The notes under the pieces: generated by a model | The model's input: only the letters and a program-made list of their open reading frames with translations | The model's database searches: none | What the model was told of the DNA's origin: nothing | In this document: piece by piece, positions 12,852 to 27,829 of the stretch | Position numbering within the stretch: the stretch's first letter is position 1 | Layout of the letters: each line of letters opens with the position of its first letter | Program-made: the position numbers and the translations under genes | NCBI GenBank assembly: GCA_037379345.1 | Contig: CM074511.1 | Location: forward strand, 72,050,862-72,114,861 | Source of the DNA: Perna viridis | Lineage: Eukaryota | Length of the DNA: 64,000 bases | Reading direction: 5' to 3'

Positions 12852-15800
12852 GATGTACCTGTGTATAGTCTGTGATTTATAGGACTGATCACAAGGAAGA
12901 ACACTATTTTGATGTACCTGTGTATAGGACTGAGATTTACAAGACTGGTCACAAGGAAGAACATAATTTTGATGTACCTGTGTATAGACTGTGATTTATA
13001 GGAGTGGTCACAAGGAAGAACATTATTGTGATGTACCTGTGTATAGACTGTGATTTATAGGAGTGGTCACAAGGAAGAACATTATTTTGATGTACCTGTG
13101 TATAGGACTGGTATTTATAGGACTGGTCACAAGGAAGAACATCATTTTGATGTACCTGTGTATAGACTGTGATTTATAGGAGTGGTCACAAGGAAGAACC
13201 TGTATATAGTCTGTGCTTTATAGGACTGATCACAAGAAAGAACATTAATTTGATGTACCTGTGTATAGGACTGGTCACAAGGAAGAACTTTACTTGATGT
13301 ACCTGTGTATAGGATTGTTATTTATAGGACTGGTCACAAGGAAGAACTTGTGTATAGTCTGTGATTTATAGGACTGATCACAAGGAAGAACACTATTTTG
13401 ATGTACCTGTGTATATGACTGGGATTTATAGGACTGGTCACAAGGAAGAACTTTACTTGATGTACCTGTGTATAGGATTGTTATTTATAGGACTGGTCAC
13501 AAGGAAGAACTTGTGTATAGTCTGTGATTTATAGGACTGATCACAAGGAAGAACACTATTTTGATGTACCTGTGTATATGACTGGGATTTATAGGACTGG
13601 TCACAAGGAAGAACATCATTTTGATGTACCTGTGTATAGACTGTGATTTATAGGAGTGGTCACAAGGAAGAACCTGTATATAGTCTGTGCTTTATAGGAC
13701 TGATCACAAGGAAGAACATTAATTTGATGTACATGTGTATAGGACTGGCTCAAGAAAGAACCTGTGTATGGTCTGTGATTTATAGGACTGGTCACAAGGA
13801 AGAACATTAGTTTGATGTACCTGTGTATAGGACTGGGATTTATAGGACTGGTCACAAGGAAGAACCTGTATATAGTCTGTGCTTTATAGGACTGATCACA
13901 AGGAAGAACCTGTATATAGTCTGTGCTTTATAGGACTGATCACAAGGAAGAACATTAATTTGATGTACCTGTGTATAGGACTGGCTCAAGAAAGAACCTG
14001 TGTATGGTCTGTGATTTATAGGACTGGTCACAAGGAAGAACATTAGTTTGATGTACCTGTGTATAGGACTGGGATTTATAGGACTGGTCACAAGGAAGAA
14101 CATCATTTTGATGTACCTGTGTATAGACTGTGATTTATAGGAGTGGTCACAAGGAAGAACCTGTATATAGTCTGTGCTTTATAGGACTGATCACAAGGAA
14201 GAACATTAATTTGATGTACCTGTGTATAGGACTGGCTCAAGAAAGAACCTGTGTATGGTCTGTGATTTATAGGACTGGTCACAAGGAAGAACATTAGTTT
14301 GATGTACCTGTGTATAGGACTGGGATTTATAGGACTGGTCACAAGGAAGAACATCATTTTGATGTACCTGTGTATAGACTGTGATTTTTAGAACTGGTCA
14401 CAAGGAAGAACCTGTATATAGTCTGTGCTTTATAGGATTGATCACAAGGAAGAACATTAATTTGATGTACCTGTGTATAGGACTGACTCAAGAAAGAACC
14501 TGTGTATGGTCTGTGATTTATAGGACTGGTCACAAGGAAGACCATTAGTTTGATGTACCTGTGTATAGGACTGGTCACAAGGAAGAACATTTCTTGATGT
14601 ACCTGTGTATAGGACTGGTCACAAGGAAGAACACTATTTTAGATGCACCCGTGTATAGGTCTTGGATTTATTGGTCTGGTCACAAGGAAGAACATTATTT
14701 TGATGTACCTGTGTTTAGGATTGTTATTTGTAGGACTGGTCACAAGGAAGAACCTGTGTATATCTGTGATTTATAGGAATGGTCAGAAGGAAGAACATTA
14801 TTTTGAAGTACCTGCGTATAGTCTGTGCTTTATAGGACTGATCACAAGGAAGAACATTAATTTGATGTACCTGTGTATAGGACTGACTCAAGAAAGAACC
14901 TGTGTATGGTCTGTGATTTATAGGACTGGTCACAAGGAAGAACATTAGTTTGATGTACCTGTGTATAGGACTGGTCACAAGGAAGAACATTTCTTGATGT
15001 ACCTGTGTATAGGACTGGTCACAAGGAAGAACACTATTTTAGATGCACCTGTGTATAGGTCTTGGATTTATAGGTCTGGTCACAAGGAAGAACATTATTT
15101 TGATGTACCTGTGTATAGGACTGGGATTTATAGGACTGGTCACAAGGAAGAACATCATTTTGATGTACCTGTGTATAGACTGTGATTTATAGAACTGGTC
15201 ACAAGGAAGAACCTGTATATAGTCTGTGCTTTATAGGACTGATCACAAGGAAGAACATTAATTTGATATACCTGTGTATAGGACTGACTCAAGAAAGAAC
15301 CTGTGTATGGTCTGTGATTTATAGGACTGGTCACAAGGAAGAACATTAGTTTGATGTACCTGTGTATAGGACTGGTCACAAGGAAGAACATTTCTTGATG
15401 TACCTGTGTATAGGACTGGTCACAAGGAAGAACACTATTTTAGATGCACTTGTGTATAGGTCTTGGATTTATAGGTCTGGTCACAAGGAAGAACATTATT
15501 TTGATGTACCTGTGTTTAGTATTGTTATTTGTAGGACTGGTCACAAGGAAGAACCTGTGTATATCTGTGATTTATAGGAATGGTCAGAAGGAAGAACATT
15601 ATTTTGAAGTACCTGCGTATAGACTGATTTATAGAACTGGTCACAAGGAAGAACACTATTTTGATGTACCTGTGTATAGGACTGGGATTTATAGGACTGG
15701 TCACAAGGAAGAACTTTACTTGATGGACCTGTGTATAGGATTGTTATTTATAGGACTGATCACAAGGAAGAACTTGTGTATAGTCTGTGATTTATAGGAC

Positions 15801-16308
15801 TGATCACAAGGAAGAACACTATTTTGATGTACCTGTGTATAGGACTGGGATTTATAAGACTGGTCACAAGGAAGAACATTTTTTTGATGTACCTGTGTAT
15901 AGACTGTGATTTATAGAACTGGTCACAAGGAAGAACATTATTTTGATGTACCTGTGTATAGGACTGGGATTTATAGGACTGGTCACAAGGAAGAACATTA
16001 TTTTGATGTACCTGAGTATAGGACTGGCTCAAGAAAGAACCTGTGTATGGTCTGTGATTTATAGGAGTGGTCACAAGGAAGAACACTATTTTGATGTACC
16101 TGTGTATAGGACTAGGATTTATAGGACTGGTCACAAGGAAGAACATTATTTTGATGTACCTATGTATAGGATTGTTAATTATAGGACTGGTCACAAGGAA
16201 GAACCTGTGCATAGTCTGGGATTTATAGGAATGGTCACAAAGAAGAACATTGTTTTGAAGTACCTGTGTATAGACTGATTTTTAGGACTGGTCACAAGGA
16301 AGAACACT
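12852..16308. repeat. Complex satellite, ~60-bp monomer (gatgtacctgtgtataggactgggatttataggactggtcacaaggaagaacattatttt) with deleted variants and higher-order units
   Basis: Period 12911 to 12971. A five-monomer 251-bp block is repeated (ORFs 13852-14106 and 14103-14357), and a ~400-bp spacing appears at 14561/14961/15362. Confidence 0.97.
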
Positions 16309-16929
16309 AAAAGACCATAGGTATAATTTTGTCGTAAATGTACTTGTATAAAAAGTTTTAAATATGCTTCTGTTTCAGCCCACTCCATCTCTGTTGGTCT
16401 TCCTTTGCCCCATTTTATTGGAGCAGTTTGGTATAAACTCTCTAGGATTACAACTTAGATCTGTTCTATTACATTTTTATACGCCCCACAAGCAAAGTTG
16501 GGGGCGGGTATAGAATTAACATGTCTGTAGTCTGTTCATCTGTCAGAAGAAGGTCTCCTAAGAATGATAATGAACTTAATCTTATGACATTTTTAACAAA
16601 TAAACAAAGAACAAGCATGTATTTGTCAAATTCTGTGAACTTAAAATATCTTCAGTATCAGAAGATCTATCTTGTGAAGTATTGATGACAAACAGACAGG
16701 TACAAAGGTAGCTGATTACACATGTTTCTCTTACGTGTTCTGGCAAATCGTAAATATTCAAACAGATAAAAATTAACCTGATAAACCTCACTGAAGAGGG
16801 TTGAGAAACTTAAAAGAATAACAGATGTTTTAGATAAACAGTCATATGGTCAATAACTGTACTACCAGTTTAATCTGGGGTTCTAATTGATGCATCTTCA
16901 AGTTTTTCAGGGAATAGAAAGTAGTTGAC

Positions 16930-17082
16930 CTCTTCATGGGCTAGTCTGTCTTCTCAGGATTTTTCATGGGCTAACTTGACTAATCATGTCTCTTCATAGG
17001 CTAATCTGACTTCTCATTTCTCTTCATGGGCTAATCTGACTTCTCATGTCTCTTCATGGGCTAATCTGACTTCTCATGTCTT
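16930..17082. repeat. Minisatellite, 30-bp unit (tctcttcatgggctaatctgacttctcatg), ~5 copies
   Basis: Direct inspection. Confidence 0.85.
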
Positions 17083-20000
17083 TGAGCTATACAGTTTTTG
17101 ACTTTACATAATAAGAGTTGAAATACCTTTTATTAGTCCCTGAACAATTAAATGCCATTTTTCATGCTTAGTAATGTGACACTTTAGCAGCACTGAATGA
17201 GTCTATATGTTAAATACCACTTTTTCCAGGTAGCCTCAGTTTTCAAAAGCTCCCATCAAATCCCAAGCAAATGTCCTGTAGTGTCACACAGTCAGTGGCA
17301 TGTTATTGAATCATTCAATTTTGTCCCACTGACACATTAAAACTCATTTGTATTTCAAGTCTGAACCCTTTATTAAGGAGTTTGAGATTGAATTTCTAAT
17401 AAATTCCTCCAGTTTTGAATTGAATATGAGAGTGATGAATTTAAAATTGCTAGGTTAGTTAACAAGGAATGATTGCTTTAGGTATAAAGCTGTTTTAATT
17501 AAGTGTTTGGGTGGTTCTTTGAAGTGAAATTTTGATGCATGTACATTGGCTGAAAGTGTGTTATGAATGATAGAATCTAGTCTGTAAAAACTTTCCATTT
17601 GAATTTTAAGTTCCTTTTTCCCTTCATACATTGTTTTTTGTAGAAATTTATTTGACGAAAACAGAAAATCCTAGTACTGGTAGTTAGCTGGATATTACTA
17701 GAAAATTAAATAATGTCAAAAACAATATATACATGTGTTAAAGTAGTTATCTAGTCATGTTTACCACTAAAGTCAGATTAAAATAAAACTTGGTAAAAAT
17801 AAAATGAGAAAAATAATGATAATTCTTAACTGACCACATTTGACAAAGAACAAGGACAAAATTGCTGTGAAATTATTGGGATTTTACCATTTGTTGCCTG
17901 CAACAAATGACATGAAGGCAAGACTAACATAGTACTGGTGTTTAGGTCAGATTTTCATGTTAAGTTTTCTTATTACGTCAGTTTTCATATGAACTGCTTA
18001 TGCTAGCTCAATCATATTTGGTATGCCGTTGGATTAGTCTCTCTACACAAATCTGTATTCATTTCCTGCATGTGCTCCTGTAGTCACAGTCCATTGACTT
18101 TGAGATTATCACTTCGTCAACCAATAAACTATACCTGAGGAATCTGTCCACTTTTGTGGTGTCAAATGGTTGATTTTATATTACATACTGTCAGTTATAT
18201 ATGAAATTTTTAGACTGTCATCATCCGTCAAATTTTGAATAACAGTCACCCTGTGTGACAGGCAAGACATATCTTTGTGATAACAGTTCAGGCTTTTCCC
18301 CGTAAGTCTTACTCCTGCTTCCCATCCTACTTACTCACACTCCATACCCCCTTCTTATTCACACTCCCTGTCCCCTACTTACACTCCCTAACCCCTACTT
18401 ACTCCAGCTCCTCAGACTACCAGTTTACTTATGGAAGAGTACTTTCCCTAAGTACATTTTTGTATACAGTTTTGTATTGTAAATAGAATTCACTATAATA
18501 CTTATAAATTTTTAATGTAAAGTTGACTGTTGATTTGTTGTTTATATTTCCTGTATTGTTGTATTAATTGATATGTGATCTGTGCTAGTCATATTGATAG
18601 CCTAAAACCATAAAAATAAATTTTAATGTTTTCAAAATCTTTCAAGTTTACTAGAAATAATGAAGGAGCCTTATTGACAAACCTTTGACACCAAAACTGT
18701 CAAATAAATATTTGTACACAGAGGTGTGTTTCATCAGGTGGAACCTCTAGGGTATAGACACTTGTAAAGAAGGAAGTCATTAGAAATGGTTAACAATAAA
18801 TGTGTTTGATAGAGATTTTGAATTAAATGCTACACCTTTACAAATTTGTAGAAAAGATTTAAATTGAAGCAGAGTGTAATGGGACATGAATCAGTTTTAC
18901 TCTTCACTGTCCTATTGTCCAGTAGACTGAGAATGTAAATTGTCCCAGAGAGCTGCCAATGTTAACATCATCATATGTTCAACAGTAATAAGACATCTTC
19001 AGATGTTAATTAATCTTTTACTGTTCCACTCTTTTTAGTCAAGAAAATCAGTCTATGATATCTTAAAGTATACTGTATTATTTGGCAACAATTTCATTTG
19101 TTTGCTTTTTAATTTGTTATCTTATTCATAATGTTGAATAATTAAAGGCTGTTTAGTGCTGATAGGTATCATTGAGAACATGTACACTATAACTGACCAC
19201 CAGATTAAGAGTGACCTGTTTACATGAATTGATCATCTAATCACAGTCTAGGTTTAAATTCTTGTCAAATAATTTGTAATTCCTGCTCTAGGAAGCCCCC
19301 ACTCCCCCCCCCCCCGAAACACCATGGACACACTTCATCAAACCTTTATACATTGATATTTCCTGCTCAGTTTATAATACTTTGTTTTAATCACTCTCTT
19401 ACTAATGGTCCAGGACTACTTGAGATTTACAATGCCTTAACCATAGATGTATATACACAACGGCTATAGAGTTAACATCATATAGTACTACTATATTACT
19501 CCCATATTGTGTGTAATAAAACTCCATTGACTTGCTGACTGCTAGATTGACTTAAGTCATTTCCTATCAGTGATGTAAATTCCTATAATTTTTGTTTATT
19601 CACTGTGAAGTAATTATTGTTGTATAAATAGTTAAGTGAATTTTACTGCTTTATTTTGCCTTTTTTACATTTACCAATCACAAGACATTAAATATGTTCT
19701 CCATGGTGAAATAATATTTAAACAGTTACTAGACCAATAAGTTTTATGTAGTTGTAATATTTAATGTCTGGTAGAGGTGGTCAGATTTTTTTATTGTCCA
19801 TAAGATGGTATTTTGATTACAATATTGAAAACCAGATGACAATTGTATCACTTATAACCTTCAGTTCTATTGTTGTCTGGCTGTGTGTATGTGTGTGTGT
19901 CTGTATGTTTCTTATATATTTAATAATGAATTAACTTTATTGTTGGAAGTAGTATGGAATATAGAAAATAGAATGTTGATATCCTTGAAATGTTGATTAA

Positions 20001-22129
20001 AGCTCCTTGGTACCTTTTTAAGTCAATGAAAATTAATTTCCAATCAATAAAATGAAAAAAGATAATGCTTACTCAGGGAATAGTTCTATGTTTTATTCAA
20101 TTTAAAACCAGGAGAGGTATATAGTAACTAACAATTAATTATAATGTATTAAAGTTCCCTTTTTGGATCCTGATTGTAATTTTTTTTTAGCATGGGTAAT
20201 GAAATAAAATTTCTCTTTAGGGACTGGTATAATGTTACTTTTAACTTATAATTTCATAGTCAGTCTGTAACAAGGTTGTTAAGGAATATTTTCTATAGCC
20301 TTGTAAAATAATTGATACTTCTCATATGAAGTTAGATTTGTTTTTTTCTCTCTTGAAAATGGAATCAATATTTATTAACAGTCTGTCTTTGTACTTAAAT
20401 CTTGGAACAAACTTCATATTCTGAGTGAAAGATGAAACCGTTAATCCACCTTTTGTCTGAGTAATATAATGGCCACATTGTCTGCAGGGTGGAGCTTTAA
20501 AGCTAACAAAAGCTAGAAATGCTTGGGTTGACCTCTGTGACCTTTACACTAAGACCTACCACATATAACTTGTTACCTAACCATTCTGGTACCCAGTTAT
20601 TCTATCTTCCTCCATTGCTATGACTGGAGATACCAATGACATAGATCAACAATGATGTATTTAAACTTCTGTTACACAGTACAGTACAGGTTACACTTAC
20701 AAAAGGACTAGTATATTATCTTACTGTGTAATTTCTCTACAAAAAGAGAAATTATTTGAAGAAGAACTAATGGTTGTGAAGGGCCTCATTTATTTCATAG
20801 GTTTTGACTGAGGGGTATGGTGGTCAGAGCATCTATTCTGTCCTCGGCTTTGACTGAGGGGTATGTTGGTCAAGGTCTCTATTTTCTATTTTTTGTTAAG
20901 TTTTCAATTCTTTCCTGGCTTTGATGGAGAAGTATGGTGATTCGACCCTCTACTTTTTCCGTGGACTGTTTGAGTAGTGATGAGGGTGTCTGGCCATTAA
21001 TTCCTCCCAGGTCAATCAGGGCTTATGACCTTTCTTAATTCAACAGAGAGGTTTGATAGGTTAGACAGTCCCATGGGCAGGACTTTGTAGAGGGAATTCT
21101 TTAGACTGGCAATAGACACAAATCAAACAAAACTTTGACTTAAAAAGTGCTTAATTGTTTTTAAGAGGGGGTGGGAGGGTCTTAAGAACTCCAAGAACCC
21201 CTGGCTTACGGGTGTGTTAGGCCATATGTCCTTGTCTTGGTTTCATTGAGAAGTAGGATTCCAAAACCTAAATTCAAGATTTGACTTAGTTAGAAGTGTC
21301 ACTGTTCTGTTGAACTATCGCTTGACCCTGGTCACTTTTTCTAAAGAATTTCAGTGAATTGAGAAATAGTTGCTTTTAACTAAATAGCTGTTTCAGTTTT
21401 CAGGATCATAAAGGTAGAAGTGAATAGCATATCACGCTACCGTTATTCTGAATTGTATCTGTTGATAATAGAGTGGGATTGGAGAGTATTGACTTGGCCT
21501 ATCGGACCAGATCTGATGGGTATCACCCTAGTGGAATTCTCATTCACAATCAGTAGGTTCATCCCAAAGGTCATTTTGTTATTTAATTTGTTTAAATACC
21601 CAGCAGTTCTCTTCACTGTATTTAAGTTCATTACTATATATTTTGCTGCAGTCAGTTGTTTGACTGAGAGGTTTTCTTAGGATAAAGATTTGAGTATTGA
21701 GAATGTTTTGTACGGTACAATGATTTAACTTTCTGCATCATATACCTGACATAAATTTTAATATTTTAGGTCATGCCAGGATGCATGACAGGTCAATCTA
21801 AAAGGCAAATAATGTTGGTGACACTTCATTATCTAGCTAAGTTAAATGGTGTACACTTGTCAAATCAATGAGCAGATGTTTCTGTGAAAATTACATTCAA
21901 TTAATCTGCCAAGTTAGTACCTTTTTTTTAGGAAGGCTTATGATTTAAATATCAATTTTCTGAGTTTTGACATTTCTAAATCTTTATAATAGTTCCTCAG
22001 GATTTGTTAATACCCTCTCTACTACAACATCATTAAGGATAACAAGTTTTCATGTACATGTAGTTAGTCACATAATTATAGTTTATTTTCAGAATCACAA
22101 ATGATCTTTTGTTTTTGCATTTGATGCAT

Positions 22130-22412
22130 ACTGAATATTACATGTCAGAATCTGTATCGCATGCTGTATCAACTACGATCACCCCAAGGGCCGTGGGCTG
22201 ATGTAGGTCGAGGATTGATACAACATGCGATACAGATTTTGACATGTCATGTTCATTATATCATATATATTTTAACCATAATTCATGTATGGTCTGTGAA
22301 GGGGTGTGATATAGGGTATGCGATATAGGTCTAGAGGTGTGATATAGGGTATATGATATGGGTTTTAAACAAACACTTATAAGTTATATTTTATTCTAAA
22401 TATATGATATAG
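22130..22412. mobile_element. Palindromic non-autonomous element, probably Crypton-type
   Basis: 33-bp inverted arms 22140-22172 and 22215-22247 (2 differences) around a GC-rich centre; tatatcatatat ... atatatgatata inverted motifs downstream. Family assignment is from recall. Confidence 0.5.
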
Positions 22413-23500
22413 TGTATTAATAATTTTGTAAAGTTTGAGATATATATTTTGCTCAGATTATATGATATTTATTAAGTGACACATGACAGCATTAAAACCT
22501 CTAATGATAAGTTAATAGTGTTTGCACCTTTGAAGCCAAATCATCACCAACAAGAAGTATTTTTTATCAGTATTATATTTGATATAACAGTTATATAGTA
22601 TTACAGTACAACTAATAGTAAATATATATTGGGGGTTATCTAGATACTGTAAGGCTTGATTAACAACTCTTATGGAATTTTGTTGTGATCTCTTTAATAT
22701 TGATTTATATTAAATCCTCTGTAGTAGTATATTATATCTACCAATATAAATTTAATGACTAAGTTAGTATGTTGAGATGAGTTACAATATTTGTTTGTTA
22801 TGACTTGTATCGTAGGAGTAAGTCTTCATTCATAATCACTCACTCAATTGCAAGTAGACGGGTCATTTATATTCAAATAAGTCGGGACTACTTTTTTTTT
22901 ACCCAATCAGATTATAGCGGGTAGACGACAACCTGTATTGATAACTTGATAGCCTTGTACAGCTTTGTGATTTATCCTTATTTAACAGTTCAACAAAGAC
23001 TAAATACCGCAACCCGGTTATTTTTTAACATGACCTCTAGACAACTTTAAAAGCCCTGGCTTGCGGTTAAAATTAAGTGTGAACATTAAGGTGAATATAT
23101 ATAGTACTAGTGTTATATTTCAGTAGATGAAATATGATATTTTTGGAAGGACTTTTTCCACACTGATAAAGATCAATATATTGATAAATATTTTGATACA
23201 AATGTAAATCGCATTAAATTTACTCAGTTTTAATGTGAAAATATATAATTAACATTGTTTATCAATGGTTGTAGAATAAATTAACTGTAATTATAAAATC
23301 TCAGTGTATGGAGAAGAGAGTTTGGAACAAAACTAAATTCTAAGACAATCATTAAACTTGGGTTAACATTTACTTGAACAGTATCTTTCTGTTTTCAGAA
23401 CTGTTTGAAAACATGAATGTTAAGCTGTAAAAGATAAGTTAATATATTTAGTTAAGAACTGACTGATTGATAAATTGGGAGAATTTACCTCCAGTATATA

Positions 23501-23563
23501 GGGCCTCAGGGAAGATTAGTTGTAAACTAACTGTGTTACCCTCTTAAATAAAGTGTTATTATA
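23501..23563 (+). mobile_element. 3' terminus of a CR1-group LINE (same family as 55460-56141)
   Basis: gggcctcagggaagatt...gtaaactaactgt..taccctctt.aaataaag...ttattat matches the reverse complement of 55480-55540 and includes the stem-loop ttagtt-gta-aactaa. Confidence 0.75.
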
Positions 23564-24561
23564 AGAGCCACCTATGTCTTAATACAAGAACTGGTCAGCT
23601 GGTTCCTATAGATCTTGGTCCTAGAGGGTCCTATTTATTTAGGGTAATGATAATTGTTCCACAGGTCCCAGGAGAGCTTAAACCCCCTAAATGTAAGGCC
23701 CATGACAAGACTATGATATAAGTACACATGTACTATATGTCATAGGTGCAAAACTCATTGCACAATTTTTTAACATTTTTGTAGAACTTTTATGAATCAA
23801 TTCTCATTCCTCTTGTCTATTTTATTTTTGTAAGCAATTAAAGAATTAGACCTGAGATTAATATGTCAAATGTCACAGATGGCTTAAAGTTACTCTCTTT
23901 TAATTATTTTTGTTCAATTGCTTAATTAGAGTGACAAAAGTTTTTCATCTTTCATTTAATTAATATCTCATAATTAGCTTTTGGCATATTTCAAACAAAT
24001 GTTAATATTGCTCAAATACATACCGGTCTTGAGCAATTGTCAGTTTTGGACCATAATTAGACTGAAGAAAGTAAACGAATGTAATAAGGATGATAGGGTC
24101 AAATATAGAATAGAGTTAGAAACAGTAACAGTGAAGTTAACAACAGTACAGAAAGAATACGGTAGAACCTACAAAGTCATCTAGTTCCAGTCACTCTGAA
24201 TCATCTGCAAACCTTACTGATTCAATAGACTTCCAAGAAACAGATTCCTGTACTCGTTGGATCAGAACTTAACCTTCTGGACTTTATCAAAATTCATTCA
24301 AATTTGGATTTAGTGAATTTGGACATTCTTAAATTTGAAAGTTAATATTACAGAACAAGAAACTGTGACAATCTTAATAGTGCATTTTATATTTTGGTTA
24401 CTTTTGGCTATTGTTATTATTAAATTGTTGAAACTTTATTTGTAGTTACTTTGCCACATATCAGTAAAGGAGTCTTAACCTACACACATATCCCGAGTCA
24501 CTGGAGCCAAGCATACAGAGTTAATTCCTCTAACCTCATGCTCATCTGGCTTTTGGTGACA

Positions 24562-24975
24562 TATATATCGATCTAAGGGTTACAAATGTGGCATGGTGAT
24601 GGGAATCTCACCCCTGTAAGGTCAGACAGTGATTTCAGTCCTATATATCAATCTAAGGGTTACACATATGGCATGGTGATGGGAATCTCATCCCTGTAAG
24701 GTCCGACTATGATACCAGTCCTATATATCAATCTAAGGGTTACACATATGACTTGGTGATGAGAATCTCACCCCTGTAAGGTCCATGACAGACTATGATA
24801 TCAGTTCTGTATAATGATCTTAGGGGTTACACATATGGCATGGTGATGGAATCTCACCCCTGTAAGGTCCATGACAGACTATGACATCAGTTCTGTATAA
24901 CGATCTAAGGGTTACACATATGGCATGGTGATGGAATAGAACCCATGTAAGGTCAAACTATGATATCAGATCTAC
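24562..24975. repeat. Minisatellite, 80-86-bp unit, 5 copies
   Basis: atctaagggttacacatatggcatggtgatgggaatctcacccctgtaaggtc at 24571, 24651, 24731, ~24817 and ~24903. Confidence 0.93.
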
Positions 24976-26579
24976 AGGTCCTTTGGTAAGACCACATTTC
25001 ATAGTACAACATTATCATACTTTAGCTACAGTACTACTGGAGGATGAAGGCCTTCTGAATCCTAGGATAATCCTCAAGGTCTTTTATGCTTATAGCTCTA
25101 TTTCTTACATTGTAATAGTAAATAAATCAAGATTAAATGTCCATTACATTGAAAGAAAATGTTAACACATAATTTTGAAGTTTGTCATCCATTGTCAATG
25201 AATATTTGAAGTATTGGTCATTTAAGGGTGAGTTATGCTAACAAACCAAGATTAAATGTAAATCCTTTATTTAGCCAGGATTAAATTGAACATATTACAA
25301 AAGGTTTATGTTAAGAAAACAACTTTGATCTGGACAGAGGTCACAGTAAGTTAAGGGAGGAGGACTAGGAGTAAGTGTTAGGAATCACTTTCCTTGGGCA
25401 TTGGACAAAAACTTTGATGTTTACGATTTTTTAAAATTTGTCTCAAGAAAAGATGAAAAATGAAGTCAAAAGTTCAAATATTACCCTGGTTATATCAAGC
25501 TACCTGCTATGTAGATTTCAAGAAGGAAATTGGGATTGTGCCATTATCTCTTTAAAATACATTTAAGGATCGGTTTCCTTTGAACATGACATACATTAAC
25601 CAATTTTTACTGATTTTGTCAACTAATTCAGAGTTGTTAACTACTATAATCTGTATGAGTTTTGTGATCAGCCTAGATTTGTACCGGTGTCACACTTCAT
25701 ACACAATTTATTATATGCAGGATTGAATTCATGTCAACTTGGTACAATTCACTCCCCCTAATTTTTTTCTGGTCTTTTTAAAATCACACAAAAAGAATAA
25801 ATTTTACAGTTATTACACTTATATTTACAATTTTATGGTTTCTTTAGAAGATTGAAAGAAGGTTTGCAAAGGCTTTACAATTTACTTGCATAATTTATAC
25901 CTTGAAATGGATAATGTCTCTTAATGTTGCTTATTAAATAGAATATTTTATATTAGTATTTAGTAAGGAATAAGAAACCTAGAAATTTGTAAATTAAATG
26001 TTCTTTTGCCCCTGAAAATGTGGTGGAAATGAATTTCAACTAAAATCATAAATAAAACACACTTTTAATGAAGCACTGCAAGTCCTTAATAACCATCCAT
26101 TTGTAATTGAGAAGGCCACTATGGGCAACTTATGTTGTCTGATTTGTTAAAGTTTAGCTTTTGTTCAATTTTGACATCACATTGTAATTTCATTGATATT
26201 TGTGTTTAACTACTGAAAACTTATTAATTTTCACAGTTGCTTATTTTTGTAGATTCTGTCAAGTAAACATATTCCCGGGTATCAATTTTCATGGTTTGAG
26301 AAAAAAATGTAGGGAGCTTGGTGGTGGTTGAATTAATATGGATGTATTTATTGTAAATTAGGAATTATCATGGGCAATTATTATTTCAGATGAAAAATTA
26401 ATTATATCTTCTGAAATGTAGAATTTTTTAAAAAATATTTTAACAATAAATCAGCTACATTTTTCTCAGTATTAGTATAAATCACTTTTGATATACTTGC
26501 ATTGACATAGAAGATTTATGCCTCAACTGGACACAATATTTTCTTATTTAGGCAATATGTTGTTGCTTTTTTGTCCTGT

Positions 26580-26968
26580 CTTTTTATACCTTTGCATGCA
26601 AAATTGGGAGGTATTTATAGATCATTCTGTCTATCTGCTTATCATTATTTTTTGTAAGCACAACTCCAAAACTACTCAATAAATTTGTTAAAGTTTACAG
26701 GAAGGATATCGTTACTGTTGGAGGACTCTAAAGGCTGAAGGGTTATACTAGTTTGAAAATACCTCATAAGTGCAACTACTCCTAAAACACTCAAGGGATT
26801 CTAATGAAATTTTTAGAAAGGTTTTGCATTTGACATATGAAGATGTGTATGAAGGAATATAGTTACTCATGTAGGACTCAAATGGGTGATCATTAAATTT
26901 AAAGATTTTACCTTTTTACTAGGGAATGCATTCTCTTTGTGAGCTTTCTGGCAGTACTTCTAGTTTTT
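26580..26968 (+). mobile_element. Degenerate Helentron-associated (HINE-like) element
   Basis: Starts tttttatacc...gggaggtattt followed by a tctgtctatctg microsatellite; internal gcacaactcc...aactactc repeats; ends ttctagttttt. Confidence 0.4.
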
Positions 26969-27829
26969 AGTCAGATAACTCATGTTCTAGAAAGGGTTTT
27001 CTCCCTGCTTATTAGAATGATGATTTACAATAAGATGATTAGTGTCTATTACTACTTCCTATATTTCTATTTAATGGGTATAAAATGAGATCTCATTAAC
27101 AGATCATTGCATATTGCAATTGTTGTTATTGTAATGTGTCCATCTGTTTGGTATTTGCTCTACATTTTTTTCTCTAGAAATATATTTTTGCTTTCTTTAT
27201 GATGAAAACTTAAAAAGCATCATATTTTCAGTTGTGCACTGACAGCTGTGTATATCGATAAATCAGCTTCTTGAACCCTGTCCTAAACAAACCATGACAG
27301 GTTTCTGATGATTTGCTACTTTCATTGTGATTTCATATTATTTTTTTGAATTATGAGATACATTGTCTTTTTGGACAGGGCACAAGGCCTATGTGACATC
27401 TGTAAAAGCTTGTTTTTGGGATTGTCCTTGTAATGAAACAGCTGTGGTACCATTAGACCAGTCATGTCTGGGTTATACTGGTAACTATATATATATAATA
27501 CATTTTTGGATTATTTTAAACGAGTGGTGTAACAGCTGCATCAAAGCCAATCAATGATACCTAAGTGTTGTTTAAGTAATTAGCATGTCTCAGGTAAATG
27601 CTAGATTGAGCAACACCTGCCGAACCACAGAGACTGGTCACATATTGATACCAAAGGTCTGTGTTAACATCGGCTCTGTATTCAATTCTATTGTTGAATG
27701 ATATTAGAGAGCTTAGTGCATCAGTGCATTAGCTGATAATGTGTAGATTGAGCTTTCATATCATAACAAACCCTATTTAGAATCCAATATATTCAACTCG
27801 TGGTAAGAGAATAATGTTGCAGTAAATTC

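Noticed and set aside
12852-16308. Many 70-150 aa ORFs on both strands
   Set aside because: Translations of the satellite, present in several frames with repeat-derived composition.
24010-24275. Ser/Asn-rich coding-like stretch
   Set aside because: Needs frameshifts, has no splice signals and has no recognisable homology.
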